Shown here: in pieces, positions 19,586 to 30,500 of the stretch
Numbering within the stretch: the stretch's first letter is position 1
Layout of the letters: every line of letters starts with the position of its first letter
Origin: a virus
Lineage: Duplodnaviria; Caudoviricetes
Length of the DNA: 57,415 nucleotides
Direction: 5' to 3' (one strand)
IMG/VR virus record: IMGVR_UViG_3300022707_004402
Span: 1-57,415 of that record
Position numbers and translations under genes: made by a program
Notes under the pieces: generated by a model
Told to the model about the DNA's origin: nothing
What the model saw: the letters and a program-made list of their open reading frames with translations, nothing else
The model's database searches: none

Positions 19586-20872
19586 ATGGCAACAATAATT
19601 AGTGAAGATGTAGGAAACAAGACGGCTTTTTCAGGTGGTACAATCGCCATAGATGCCACAGGGTTTATTGTTACTTTAAGCGGGGCGACCTATGATGCGA
19701 ATTGGGGTTTAGCTGATTCTTACGATCTTGATACCGGGGGAACGCCCGAAACCCGTCTTGTTGCGAGCCGGGATAGCGATACCCAATTGACCCTACAAAT
19801 AGCCTCGACAAAAACAAGCCAAAGCGGACTTAGCCATCAAATTCAAAGGGCTTTTGCTACGGTGTCGAGTGCAGAAGCCGCAACTGATAATGATTTGGTT
19901 GCAGCAGATGAACAACGGGATCTTCTTTTATCTGCCGATACAACCTATCCACTTGCAACTACTGTTAATATTGATGGAGCAACAACGGATGCCACAAGAT
20001 TTAGGCGCTTCAGAGGACACCCAAGAGATACGAATCTTGCTGGACAACCGGGAGATTTTGTTTTAATGACTAATGCTAATTTTGGATTTTTCAGTAATGG
20101 TTCGGAGGGCTTCATAGATATATCTTATCTTGAAATGTCAAATTGGGGAAAAGACGGGAGTGCCGGTCAAACTCATTCTTGTGTTGAAGGGGGTTCTGCG
20201 ACATCCCCTGATTGCGATAGCCACCATCTTATAATGCACGACCCATCAGCGACAAGTGTATCAAGTATTGAAGCAATTGGACATCGTGTTCTTAATATGA
20301 AGCGTTGGAAAGTACATCATAATTTGGTTTATAAAATAGAGAAAGCCAGTCACAATTCTAGTGCTGGAATTAGTGGCAATGATACAAATAAAATTTATAA
20401 TAATATAGTTTTTGATGCTGGCAGAGGAATAAGATCAGGGACTGATCCTGACAAAGTTAGTGCTTGGAATAATATTTCAGTTGGAAATTCAATCAATGAC
20501 TATGAAGGCGCAGAATTTGATCAAGACGATTGTTTTAACAACATTGACAGCGATGGAACCGCACCGGGAAAACCGAATCTTACAACAGTCCAAACCCTTG
20601 ATGGCACTCTTTTTAATAATACAGGCGATGGAGTAGAAGATTTCAGGCTTCCAGTTGGATCGGATGCAAGAAACAGAGGGGTAGGGCCGGGTTTAGATTC
20701 AAGAGTTATTAGCCCAGACCTTGCCAACAATACTATTTCTGGAAATGTTATTGATATTGGATGCTATCAAGCTTCAGACCTTGGCAAAGTAGTTTCAATT
20801 GGTGCAGATGAATTTTTAACTACTGCAATTCCAGTTTTCATGTACAATTATAGGAAAAGGAGGGTGATATAA
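19586..20872 (+). CDS. Putative beta-helix (pectin-lyase-like) tail spike protein
   Basis: 428 aa; VHHNLVY, IYNNIVF and AWNNIS repeats; EDFRLPVGSDARNRG...DIGCYQ C-terminal motif. Confidence 0.65.
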   Translation: MATIISEDVGNKTAFSGGTIAIDATGFIVTLSGATYDANWGLADSYDLDTGGTPETRLVASRDSDTQLTLQIASTKTSQSGLSHQIQRAFATVSSAEAATDNDLVAADEQRDLLLSADTTYPLATTVNIDGATTDATRFRRFRGHPRDTNLAGQPGDFVLMTNANFGFFSNGSEGFIDISYLEMSNWGKDGSAGQTHSCVEGGSATSPDCDSHHLIMHDPSATSVSSIEAIGHRVLNMKRWKVHHNLVYKIEKASHNSSAGISGNDTNKIYNNIVFDAGRGIRSGTDPDKVSAWNNISVGNSINDYEGAEFDQDDCFNNIDSDGTAPGKPNLTTVQTLDGTLFNNTGDGVEDFRLPVGSDARNRGVGPGLDSRVISPDLANNTISGNVIDIGCYQASDLGKVVSIGADEFLTTAIPVFMYNYRKRRVI

Positions 20873-22791
20873 TGGCACGTTGGTTAAGACACAATACTGC
20901 ACAAACTGAACTAATTGGACCGTTCCTGGATAAAACAGACGGCGTGACCGAAGAGGTCGGGTTGGCTGGGGAAATAACTGAGCTTTCAAAGGATGGTGGG
21001 GCTTTAACAATTGGCCCCGCTTTGGGAACTCATGACGCCGAAGGTTGGTATCCTGTCCTTTTAGCCACCTCACACACCAATATACTTGGTTCTTTTATAA
21101 TCAAAGCCCATGATCCCACTACACACCTGCCAGTTTGGCACGAATGGATGGTTCTCCCTGCAAATGTCTATGATTCCTTGGTATTGGGAACAGACAAGCT
21201 GGATGTTAATACCCAAGAAATGAATGGCTCGGATATTGGTTCTGGGAATAATGCTATTGTAAAATTAAAACAATTGGATATTCAAAATAGTGGCGGGTCT
21301 GCCCTTATTGCAAAATCTTCTAGTTCCAATGTTGCTCACCATGGAATGGAAATTGCGCAATCTTCTGGTGGTGGTGGGGATGCAATGAATTTAAATTCTG
21401 CCGGAAGCCATGGTATAAATGCTAGGGGAGAAGCTGCGGGTATTCGTGCAAAAGGCGATGGTGGCGATGGCGGAGGTCCGGGAATGTTGCTTGAAGGTGA
21501 CACGAATGCAGACGGCCTTAAATCTGTTGGCGCTGGAACAGGAAGTGGTGCGGTGTTTAATAGTGGGACTGGAGCGGCGGCTAAGGCGGTTGTCATGGAA
21601 TCCAAAGCCGCCAGTGGTAATGGTACTGCTCTTGATCTTATTGCCGTATTTTCTGGTAATGCTTTGAGCGCTGTTAATGGTGGCTCTGGTGATGCAGTAA
21701 AATTTGAGCAAACAGGAACCGGGCGAGCTTTTAACGTTAACGCAGACAATAATACGGGTATGCGGGTTAGAAGCGCATCAGGTACAGCAACCCATCATGC
21801 ATTTGAAATGGTTAATAATGGTAGTGGAGAGGCGGCACACATGGAAGCCGGTGGAGCCAATCCTGCTTTTGGGGTTAAAAATTCAGGAACTGGTGATGGA
21901 GTTAATTTTACTGCAGGAACTGGTAAAAGCGGTCTTGTGACGACTGGAAATGGAGCGGGACACGGGGCTTCTTTTGTCAAAGGAGCTTCCGGGAAGGATA
22001 TTGACGCGGATGAAATTGATACAATTGCAACCATTAATAATAAAATGGGATCAATTACTGGCTCTGGAGACAATACGGTCCTTGGTTATTTTAAAGCAAA
22101 TCTAAGTAAATCTGCGGCCACTCCTTCGGATATTGGCGGGACTTTCTCTGTTGCTGCTGATTCGAATGAGGCAATTCGGGATCGAGGCGATGCGGCTTGG
22201 TCGAGTGCGGCAATGAATCCCCAGGTTTTACAGGAAACCACGATTGCGACCCTGGCAAGTCAAACCAGCTTCACTTTAACGGCTGGAAGTGCAGATGATA
22301 ATGTTTATAATGGAGCCTTGGCAGTTATTACGGATGCATCTACAAGTACTCAAAAAGCGATTGCCTTAATTTCTGATTATACAGGAGCAACCAAAACCGT
22401 TACTTTGGCGGTTGATCCTGCAATTTTCACAATGGCGGTTACTGATAATATCGATATTATTGCTTCTCCAAAACAACTCCCAAATGATGTCTTTGCGACT
22501 GCCTCCGGATTAGGAAGTGCTAATGATGCGAGAGACGCTACGCTTAACGCCGCGGCCGCCAGCTTTCAAGCGTCTGGATCCATTGGTGAAGTATTTATGG
22601 AAACACATTCCGCTACTGCCCGTAAATGGAGAGAGTTCTTTGACACTGGGGTAACGCCGAACAGAATGCGATATGAGTTGTTTGATTATGCAAATGGCTC
22701 CCATAAAAAAGGTGATTTGCTGGACGATGCATCCGCACAGATCCTGACAGAACAAACCAATATCATTGCGGAAAGAGGAGCCCCTTCTTAA
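20872..22791 (+). CDS. Gly/Ala-rich tail fibre/virion protein
   Basis: 639 aa; N-terminal IGPFLDKTDGVT...GWY...LPVWHEWMV domain, Gly-rich repeats, SADDNVYNG...ISDYTGATKTVT. Confidence 0.7.
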   Translation: MARWLRHNTAQTELIGPFLDKTDGVTEEVGLAGEITELSKDGGALTIGPALGTHDAEGWYPVLLATSHTNILGSFIIKAHDPTTHLPVWHEWMVLPANVYDSLVLGTDKLDVNTQEMNGSDIGSGNNAIVKLKQLDIQNSGGSALIAKSSSSNVAHHGMEIAQSSGGGGDAMNLNSAGSHGINARGEAAGIRAKGDGGDGGGPGMLLEGDTNADGLKSVGAGTGSGAVFNSGTGAAAKAVVMESKAASGNGTALDLIAVFSGNALSAVNGGSGDAVKFEQTGTGRAFNVNADNNTGMRVRSASGTATHHAFEMVNNGSGEAAHMEAGGANPAFGVKNSGTGDGVNFTAGTGKSGLVTTGNGAGHGASFVKGASGKDIDADEIDTIATINNKMGSITGSGDNTVLGYFKANLSKSAATPSDIGGTFSVAADSNEAIRDRGDAAWSSAAMNPQVLQETTIATLASQTSFTLTAGSADDNVYNGALAVITDASTSTQKAIALISDYTGATKTVTLAVDPAIFTMAVTDNIDIIASPKQLPNDVFATASGLGSANDARDATLNAAAASFQASGSIGEVFMETHSATARKWREFFDTGVTPNRMRYELFDYANGSHKKGDLLDDASAQILTEQTNIIAERGAPS

Positions 22792-22816
22792 ATTGAATTA
22801 ATAGGAGAAAATTAAA

Positions 22817-25249
22817 ATGGCAAGTTCATCACGTCAGCCATCCAGATGGTGGCAATCTTTGTCGAAGATTAGGCCTTCTTCATTACAGGGGCAAACCATA
22901 CCTTCGGCCGCTCCTATTGATCCGAGGTCTGGGACGCCTATTGCGCCCGGGATGGGGAGCCAGGCCACCCAAAATGGTTATTCTACCGGAGCCGGCCCTA
23001 ATGGAATTATAGAGCCTATGCGCCCTGTTATGCAGCAATCTGTTCAATTCCATGAAGGTGAGACGGTTACCACGGCAGAGGACACTGCGGCAGCCGGTGG
23101 ACCGGAGGGGGTGGCTGCTGCCGTTGAACAAGCCAAGTTGGAGGCCGCCAACAGAGGCCGGGGAATTGCTCCCAAGGGCTTCTATGGTGGGGGCATGGTC
23201 AGTGAAGGATTTGTCCATAATTTCGATAAAGGCGGATCCATAAATATCCCACGTCACGAGGGTGGACGCTCTCCCATGGTAGATTATGATCAGGGTGGTC
23301 AGGTAACACGATCCAAGCCTGCCATGGGAATGCAATCAATCATGGCCTATCAAACCGGTGGCGCCGTTCCTTATGTGAGTATGTACGGGAATGGCGGAGC
23401 GGTCAAGCCTTATCAGTTTGGTGGATTGGTTAGAGGCGCAAAGAAAGTTGGTGAAAAAATTGAAACAGCGCTTGGCGGAATCATTCGAGATCAAACTCAA
23501 ACAGTTGGTGATGCAGGTCCAGATGCCGCTGATCTTACTCTTCTTGGTGATATTGGGGGGGTAAGTGATTTTACCCGGACAGCTCAGGGACTATATGATC
23601 CCCCGACGACAATTTCTCCAATTCCAAAAGCAAAAACCACTGAAGACGTTGCTCGGGAAACCGGACTTCAAAAAGTTTTGGATGTTGCTGGTGGTGAGAG
23701 TAAATTAGATCGGACTATTGCCCAACAAGCCCAAGAAAAATTGGCTGGAATTCAGAACGTTCAACGTATGGTTCAGGCCCAGGAGGCGGCTCAGACTGGA
23801 TTGCGAGGTGGTGCGGCCGAGGCTATTGCTAGCATGCAACAGCGACAACGTGGACTGGAACAAGCCAAACTTTCTGGTGAAATAGCGATCAGTGAACAAT
23901 CCAGAGCGGAAGATGCCGCACGATTTGCAGCTACAACTGGGTTGCTTGGTAAACAATTCGAGGCCCAGGAAAACTGGAATAAAATGAATCTGCTTTTGGA
24001 ATCAGGCGATTTTGAAGGTGCCGCTAAATTGGGTGGAGATGCTTTTGGTTTGGAAATTGATATGTCAAAATTAAAAGATGAGTCTGATCGGAGACAGCTT
24101 GCTAGTTCCACTCAAGAATTGGCAGTTCAGGTTGAAACCTTTGGGGCGGATACGAATATCAACGATCCCGCTGTTCAGAATTCGCTTCAAACTATGTGGG
24201 AATCTCTGGGAAATAAATCCAATTTTAATAAAGATTGGGGCCAGAGACAATTGGATGGCATGATTATTCATAATGATCCAGTCATGGGCATTCTTAAAAA
24301 TTTTAGGGATGACTCTTTGACTATGGCATTGGGTGGGGAGGATTTTGTTAACTTAATTGAATATGGTGGAATGAAAGGATTGGATGCAGCTAAAGCTGCT
24401 TTTGCAGGGCTTGCTCTTACTGGTGGTATGACCATGGTTACCGATGCCAATGGAAACAGTCAATTAATGATTGAAGGGGACAATCCAATTTGGAGTGTTA
24501 TTTCAGCTCCAGATCCTGCTGAAGTAGTTGATTTACCACAATTTGCTAGTGTAAAAGTTGGAGAAAAATTTTCATTCATGGGCAAAGATTATCTCAAAAC
24601 AGAAGAAGGTGAAGCCCGAGCTTGGGAAACTATTGATGATCCATCATTTGCCGCAGCTGCTGAAGCAGGAAAAACTAAACACATATTTGAAGATGAGCTT
24701 TATCAATTAAAAGGTGGGGAATGGAATCCAGTTGATATTGAAGGAATTAAATCTGATTGGGAAGAAAATAAAGAGACTGATCCGTTCGGAGTGGAGGCTG
24801 ATTCCTATTTTGAATTTTCCGTAACCGATCCAAAAACTGGAAAAGTGGATGAGGATTCCACTGAATACAATGATTGGATGAATTCGAGAGTCAAATATGT
24901 TAAGGACGGCCACTATGATGCTTTGTTTAAATTAGAAGCAGATGATCCAACTTTTGAGGCTGTTTTGGAAGGGACCGCTGCATTTAGTCCAACTCGAAAG
25001 AGAACTCAAAATAAAGTCAATGATGGATTTTATTTAAGTGATTACGCTTCAGAAGACAAAAATGGAAATGTTTTTTATCCAGTAGGACAAAAAATTTCCT
25101 ATGGAACCCGTCTTTTAGAAATCACTGGAACAGAATGGACTCCTGAAGGTGATGGAGAATATTATATGAAACTGAAAGATGTAAGGACCGGAGAAACTTT
25201 TGAGTATTATTCAAACGAAAGACACAATACTACCCTTAATAAAGGTTAA
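22817..25249 (+). CDS. Putative internal virion/ejection protein
   Basis: 810 aa; Gln/Ala-rich helical core; repeated [YF]xxGGxV motifs; located after the tail genes. Confidence 0.6.
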   Translation: MASSSRQPSRWWQSLSKIRPSSLQGQTIPSAAPIDPRSGTPIAPGMGSQATQNGYSTGAGPNGIIEPMRPVMQQSVQFHEGETVTTAEDTAAAGGPEGVAAAVEQAKLEAANRGRGIAPKGFYGGGMVSEGFVHNFDKGGSINIPRHEGGRSPMVDYDQGGQVTRSKPAMGMQSIMAYQTGGAVPYVSMYGNGGAVKPYQFGGLVRGAKKVGEKIETALGGIIRDQTQTVGDAGPDAADLTLLGDIGGVSDFTRTAQGLYDPPTTISPIPKAKTTEDVARETGLQKVLDVAGGESKLDRTIAQQAQEKLAGIQNVQRMVQAQEAAQTGLRGGAAEAIASMQQRQRGLEQAKLSGEIAISEQSRAEDAARFAATTGLLGKQFEAQENWNKMNLLLESGDFEGAAKLGGDAFGLEIDMSKLKDESDRRQLASSTQELAVQVETFGADTNINDPAVQNSLQTMWESLGNKSNFNKDWGQRQLDGMIIHNDPVMGILKNFRDDSLTMALGGEDFVNLIEYGGMKGLDAAKAAFAGLALTGGMTMVTDANGNSQLMIEGDNPIWSVISAPDPAEVVDLPQFASVKVGEKFSFMGKDYLKTEEGEARAWETIDDPSFAAAAEAGKTKHIFEDELYQLKGGEWNPVDIEGIKSDWEENKETDPFGVEADSYFEFSVTDPKTGKVDEDSTEYNDWMNSRVKYVKDGHYDALFKLEADDPTFEAVLEGTAAFSPTRKRTQNKVNDGFYLSDYASEDKNGNVFYPVGQKISYGTRLLEITGTEWTPEGDGEYYMKLKDVRTGETFEYYSNERHNTTLNKG

Positions 25250-25262
25250 TACGGAGGACAAT

Positions 25263-25709
25263 ATGTTTTATAGAATTATACCGATTTTAATGCTGGTCCT
25301 CTGTTTTGTTCAGGATGTTTTTTCTGAACCTTTAACGGCAACAGCGTTTGTAATTGGATCAGGAATTGTGGCCGGCGCTTCTTTGCTTGGAAGCCTTGTC
25401 AGTTTTCATGGACAAGGAAAAGGAATTGAGCAACAAATTGAAGCACAGGAAAAGGCCAACATTGAAAATCTCAAATTAACCAGAGAACAAATGGCTGAGG
25501 GCACAAGACAGTTTGATGCCAGTCGAGCTTTGAATAAAATGAAATTTAAACTCTATAAAGAAGAATCTGAAATGGCAACAGAGGAACGGGCTGAACAAAA
25601 ACAATTCAATAGGGCCATGCAATTTCAACACAACTTTAATTTGCTGGCCGCCAATTCGGATCAGCGTAGCTCAAATTTAATTCAGGCTTGGAACGCCCCA
25701 AAAGCATAG
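25263..25709 (+). CDS. Putative ejection/pilot protein with hydrophobic N-terminus
   Basis: Start moved to ATG 25263 (GGAGG RBS); Gly/Ala hydrophobic segment followed by a Gln-rich helix, as in P22 gp7-like proteins. Confidence 0.6.
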   Translation: MFYRIIPILMLVLCFVQDVFSEPLTATAFVIGSGIVAGASLLGSLVSFHGQGKGIEQQIEAQEKANIENLKLTREQMAEGTRQFDASRALNKMKFKLYKEESEMATEERAEQKQFNRAMQFQHNFNLLAANSDQRSSNLIQAWNAPKA

Positions 25710-25718
25710 GAGATAATT

Positions 25719-27518
25719 ATGCCAGTAATTGCAAGAGCTCCCCAAATTGCCGGCCCTCGGGCACGACAGGCTGAGACTTTAGGCCGTGGTATTACCGAAT
25801 TTGGTAAAAATATCGGAACAATGTACCAAAAATACAGCAGCATGATGAGCGAAAAAGAATATAAGCAAAATATTTATGATGAGGCTGTGGTAAAATTTAA
25901 GAATGATCCGATTCTCATGAAATCCCTCGAAAAAGCTAAGGACAAAATGATTGGGATGGATATGAAAGAATTTGAACTTAGTATGCATAATTTTACGGGT
26001 GCGGCCGATCATTATCAAAGCCTTCAGAAAATGGATCCCGATACAAAATTTAATTCCCCTTATTTTAATCGATTCTTTTCCGCTGACAAGGCTAATAAGG
26101 GTAATAATGAAATCAAAACTGCTACTGACAAGCGCCGATTTAAAGAGGGTTTGCTTGGGCCGGGAGCTCCGCAACCTGAAGCCCAGCCATCAGCGGCCCC
26201 AGCTCCGGAAACAATCGCACCCGGACAAGTTGGTATTGAGCCCAGTCCAGATACTGGCGCCGGCGCCCCAACAATTGCCACATCTCCAGTTACTCAGGAA
26301 TTAAATCAACAATTTTTAGAAGAGGGCGCTCCAGAAGCCGCTGGATTGGTTTCTGCTGCAGGATTGATTCAGGAACCTGGGGTAGCCGGCGCACAGACCG
26401 GGGCCCAGGTTAAAGGTCAGGTTCAAAGTCTTACTGCCAACATGGAACCGGAAGACGCTCTGACTTATGTGAAACAACTTGGTGCAAAATTTGACCAGTT
26501 AAAGAATCCTCTTTATCAGGAAACAATCAAAGATTTGAATAAAAAAGTTAAGGACAAGCGACTTGGGAAAGCGGCTGCCGATATAAAAGCATCTGATACT
26601 GTCCAGAGTTTTCTTTCCAAAACCGGATTGGATACCAATACCGAAACATTGGAGGTGGCAAAATTGCTTAGAAAGCAGGTTCTGCGCCCACCAGCTCCGC
26701 CTAAACCTCCGCCTGATCAATTCCGTCAACAGCGGGATTTTTCTGCAAAACAATTTGCCCAAACTAAAAACTTTTTTAATTCTTACAAATCTACGGTTGA
26801 TAAATTGGGATCGGATTCTCCAGAAGCTAAAACCGCTTTTTCGGATTACATTAATTCCAAAGGTGAATATCTTCAGAATAAATTGGCTACCGATTATATG
26901 CAAAGAAATCGGGTGGCTGATATCCGGACAGCCCTTAATGCCACTGCGCCATTATTTGAACGAGAAAAAGCTTTTATTTTTGCTGAAGGAAAATCCAATG
27001 AAATTGCTTCTATTCTAACCACAGAATACAATGATAAATTGTCCAAACTCGAAGAGAAAAAGGCTACTGATTGGATTCCTGGATTCCTGCAAGGAGGTCA
27101 GGATGTTAGCCAAGAGGAAATGACAGCCCTTTCCGAAACAGTTTTTGGTACTGCTGATGCAAAATTAACAGGGGCAAACATTCCTGGGGGTGTTATTGAA
27201 CAGCGTGCACCAGGTGAATTTAGCGTTAAAGATCCGGATACCTGGAAAACTAATTTTATGAATCAGCGTTTTGGTAGACGCGCTCCAGAATCTCCTGGGC
27301 CAAAGCCAGCTCCTGGTGGTGGTGCTCAATTGGCAAATGATGTCCAAACCCAGATTTCGGATAGTTTGAAAGTTTTGGATGCGCCTGGAAATCAGGGAAA
27401 ATTAACATCGAAAATGCGTGAGATTGTTCGAAGAATGAAAACCGATGAAACGCTTTCTCCCCAGCAAAAATTAACTGCGCTTAAAAATATAATTACCAAA
27501 GCAAAATTGAGGGTTTAA
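25719..27518 (+). CDS. Putative internal virion/DNA-transfer protein
   Basis: 599 aa, helical with Pro/Ala linkers, within the ejection-gene cluster. Confidence 0.6.
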   Translation: MPVIARAPQIAGPRARQAETLGRGITEFGKNIGTMYQKYSSMMSEKEYKQNIYDEAVVKFKNDPILMKSLEKAKDKMIGMDMKEFELSMHNFTGAADHYQSLQKMDPDTKFNSPYFNRFFSADKANKGNNEIKTATDKRRFKEGLLGPGAPQPEAQPSAAPAPETIAPGQVGIEPSPDTGAGAPTIATSPVTQELNQQFLEEGAPEAAGLVSAAGLIQEPGVAGAQTGAQVKGQVQSLTANMEPEDALTYVKQLGAKFDQLKNPLYQETIKDLNKKVKDKRLGKAAADIKASDTVQSFLSKTGLDTNTETLEVAKLLRKQVLRPPAPPKPPPDQFRQQRDFSAKQFAQTKNFFNSYKSTVDKLGSDSPEAKTAFSDYINSKGEYLQNKLATDYMQRNRVADIRTALNATAPLFEREKAFIFAEGKSNEIASILTTEYNDKLSKLEEKKATDWIPGFLQGGQDVSQEEMTALSETVFGTADAKLTGANIPGGVIEQRAPGEFSVKDPDTWKTNFMNQRFGRRAPESPGPKPAPGGGAQLANDVQTQISDSLKVLDAPGNQGKLTSKMREIVRRMKTDETLSPQQKLTALKNIITKAKLRV

Positions 27519-30500
27519 TGGCTGATGATGATTTGCTTACTCTCCTCCAGCAGGAGGGCATTGGCACTGAAGAGCCTGAGCCCGAAGAGGAGTTACCTTT
27601 AACCAGCCTGCTTGAACAGGAGGGTATTGGCTTTTCTGAGCCAGAAATAACTATCCAAGAAATTCCAGAAGAACCTGCAGAGCCCACACCCGCACTCGAA
27701 GAACCAGCTCCAGATTTATTCGCTCCAGTAACCGAAAGACCGGCTACTACTATAGTACCTACGCCTGAGACCCAGGCCCAATTTGAAGCCATTGAAGCTC
27801 AAAAGCAATTTGAGATAAAACAAAAAGAAAAAGGCGCGATTCCTGTTCCCGTTAAAGCTGCAGCCGCTGCAACAATGCGTTTATTGGCTGGGCTCGAAAC
27901 CAAAGTGGAGATCACAGCTGATGAGCTTTTCAGGCGCAAACAAATCTTGAGTGATTTAAATCCAGAAGAAGTGGAGCAGATCCGATCTGGGGAAAAAACC
28001 ATGGAGGATTTCGGTCTTTATGAATCCATGATAAAGCCTGAAGTTAGATTTATTGGTGGACGCCCAATATCCACAGGAACCCCAGAAGAGCGATCTCAAA
28101 AGCTGGACCAGTTACTTACCGATTCAAAAGAGGAAGGGATAGTTGACCTCGAACTCCTGGCCAAGGCAGCCGGTGATGCCGCTAAAATGTATAAGGACAA
28201 AATTTCTGATCATACCAGGAAGCAAATTGAAAAAGTTACGGGAGGAAGATTAATTCCACACGGTGAGGATTGGTGGGAAAAAGTGAAAAGCATTCCTGGA
28301 GTCATGGAAACATGGACCACTTTGGTTGCTGAAAATGCCCCCAATGCGATTCTTACCGCTACGCTTGGACCCGGTGCCATTATTCCAATGGGTATACAGG
28401 AATCTTCTGGATTTATAGAGGCCGGTCGAGCCTTGGGAATTGATGACAAATATCTTGCTAAATATGAAGGTGATGTCGGTCTCACGTCGGGATCTCTGGA
28501 ATATGTAGACAATGTTATTGGGCTTGGTCCTTTTAAATCTGCCCTTAAAAACGTTCCAGGAATGAAACAGGCCAGGCAAATGGCTCAGAAAAAACTTTTA
28601 AAATTAGCTGGTCGTGGATCTAAGGAAATTGCTGCATGGACTGCTGAGGGTTTGACTGAACTGGGACAGGGGGGGGGTTTCAAATCATTTTCTTAAACAA
28701 GCCGCAGCAGACCAAGCAAAAGATTTGGATGATAAAAACATCGTTAAGCATGTGAATGATGAAGTTGCATTGGATATGCGGGAATTTTTTGTTGGTGCTG
28801 GTGTGGGTGCTATTATGCGTACTGGTGGCCATTCTGCAGGGTTTGCCAGACGGCTCCAGGCCCGAAAGGAAGGAATCAAAGCCAATCCCAATGCTTATGA
28901 AATCGATGATCGAATAACATTTATATCTGAAGAGGCTAAGAAAGAAGCCGAGGCCACCATTGATGAGAAGCCAACACCTGAAGAACCAGCCGCTCCAGAA
29001 GTCCCGGCCGCACCCAAGGTAACCCCAGAACAATATTGGGATCCCAAGACCAGCCAAGAAGAACGGGATCAGGCATGGGAAGCCATGACACCCGAAGAAA
29101 AAAATGATGTTATTGAGGCTATCCCGGAAACCGAAGAAGAAATTGTACCAGAGGAAGCGGAGATTATACCCGAGATACCGCCTGTGGCCAAGGCGCCAGA
29201 GGCTCCGCCAACCCCTCCCGTGACAAAACCGGTTGAGAAGCCCGTCGAGAAACCAGCCCCACCAGCTCCTGCCGATCAGGGGATCATGGAGCAAATCGAA
29301 GAGCAGGATTTGGATGACAATGCAAGCGTTCAGGTTCTGGATGAAACATATCGTAAATATGCCAGCCGGCAACGTGGTGTTGAATTGGATCCCGGCGCTA
29401 TCTCCATTTCCGAGGATTCGGAAGTAAAGGGTTTTAAAAAGCTTCAGCGATCCATGATCCGATCAGCCGCCAAAGCCTTTGATCGGGATGTGGTATTTGT
29501 GAAATTTGATCCAAAGGTTCCGGATCCATTTACTGGCATCACATTTGCCAAGACCAAAATCGGGAAAAAGATTTTTATCAATGCTGCCGATGTGAAAAAG
29601 GGAATGATGCCTATCATCGGGCATGAACTCACTCACACCCTCCGGACTACCGATGAAAAATCGCTGGATGAAATGATTGATTTCGTAACCGGCCAAGCTA
29701 CGGCAGCCGGCCTAAAGCAAATCGAAACCATTAAACAGCGTGAAATTGATGCCGGCAGGCAGGAAGACATAGCGGATCGGCTGGCCAAAGAGGAATACTT
29801 GGCCAATTTTATTGGGGATAATTTTGCCGGGAAACAGTGGAATCAAATAGCGAAACAATCCCCCAATTTATTTATTAAGGTTGGTGCAAAGGTCATGGAG
29901 ATCATTGATAAGGTTTTGGCCTATATTACCAATCAAGGCTTTCAAAAACGGGCTGAATGGCAATCCCAGATAAATAATTTAAATGCAGCAAAAAAACGGA
30001 TCCAGCCTTTACTGACCAATGCCAGACGTGTTGTCGAAGGGAAACCCGGTAAACTTAAAGAGCCAGCATTTTCCCGAGTTCAAGGGAACGTCCCAGAACA
30101 GCGACAAAAAAACTTGGATTCTTTTTTAAAGGAATCCCAGGTTAAAAACATTGTTTATCACGGAACTATTGAAGGATTTACTGAATTTAAAAAAGGTGAT
30201 ATTGGATTTCATTTTGGAAGCATCGAGCAAGCGGAAAACAGATTAAAAGACCTGGGTGATTGGATTAAATTCCCTAAAGGTTCTAATGTTGTGCCTGTTT
30301 ATCTCAGCCTTAAAAATCCATACAATGTTGTTTCGGACTTAGGCCAATGGAATGACATGGAAAGTTTGGAAGAATATTTCGGGCCAGCGAATGAGGGTCC
30401 GTTTTCAGCAAAGGAATGGGCTAAAATAAAGAATGTACAGGGCTTTGTAAAAGGAATGAAGGCCAAAGGATATGATGGAATTGTTTATGATAATGCATTT

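Noticed and set aside
13990-20880. Excisable or invertible tail cassettes bounded by TAATGGC-like repeats, or a DGR
   Set aside because: TAATG is the ordinary stop-start coupling used throughout the operon. No recombinase, reverse transcriptase or TR/VR pair was seen.
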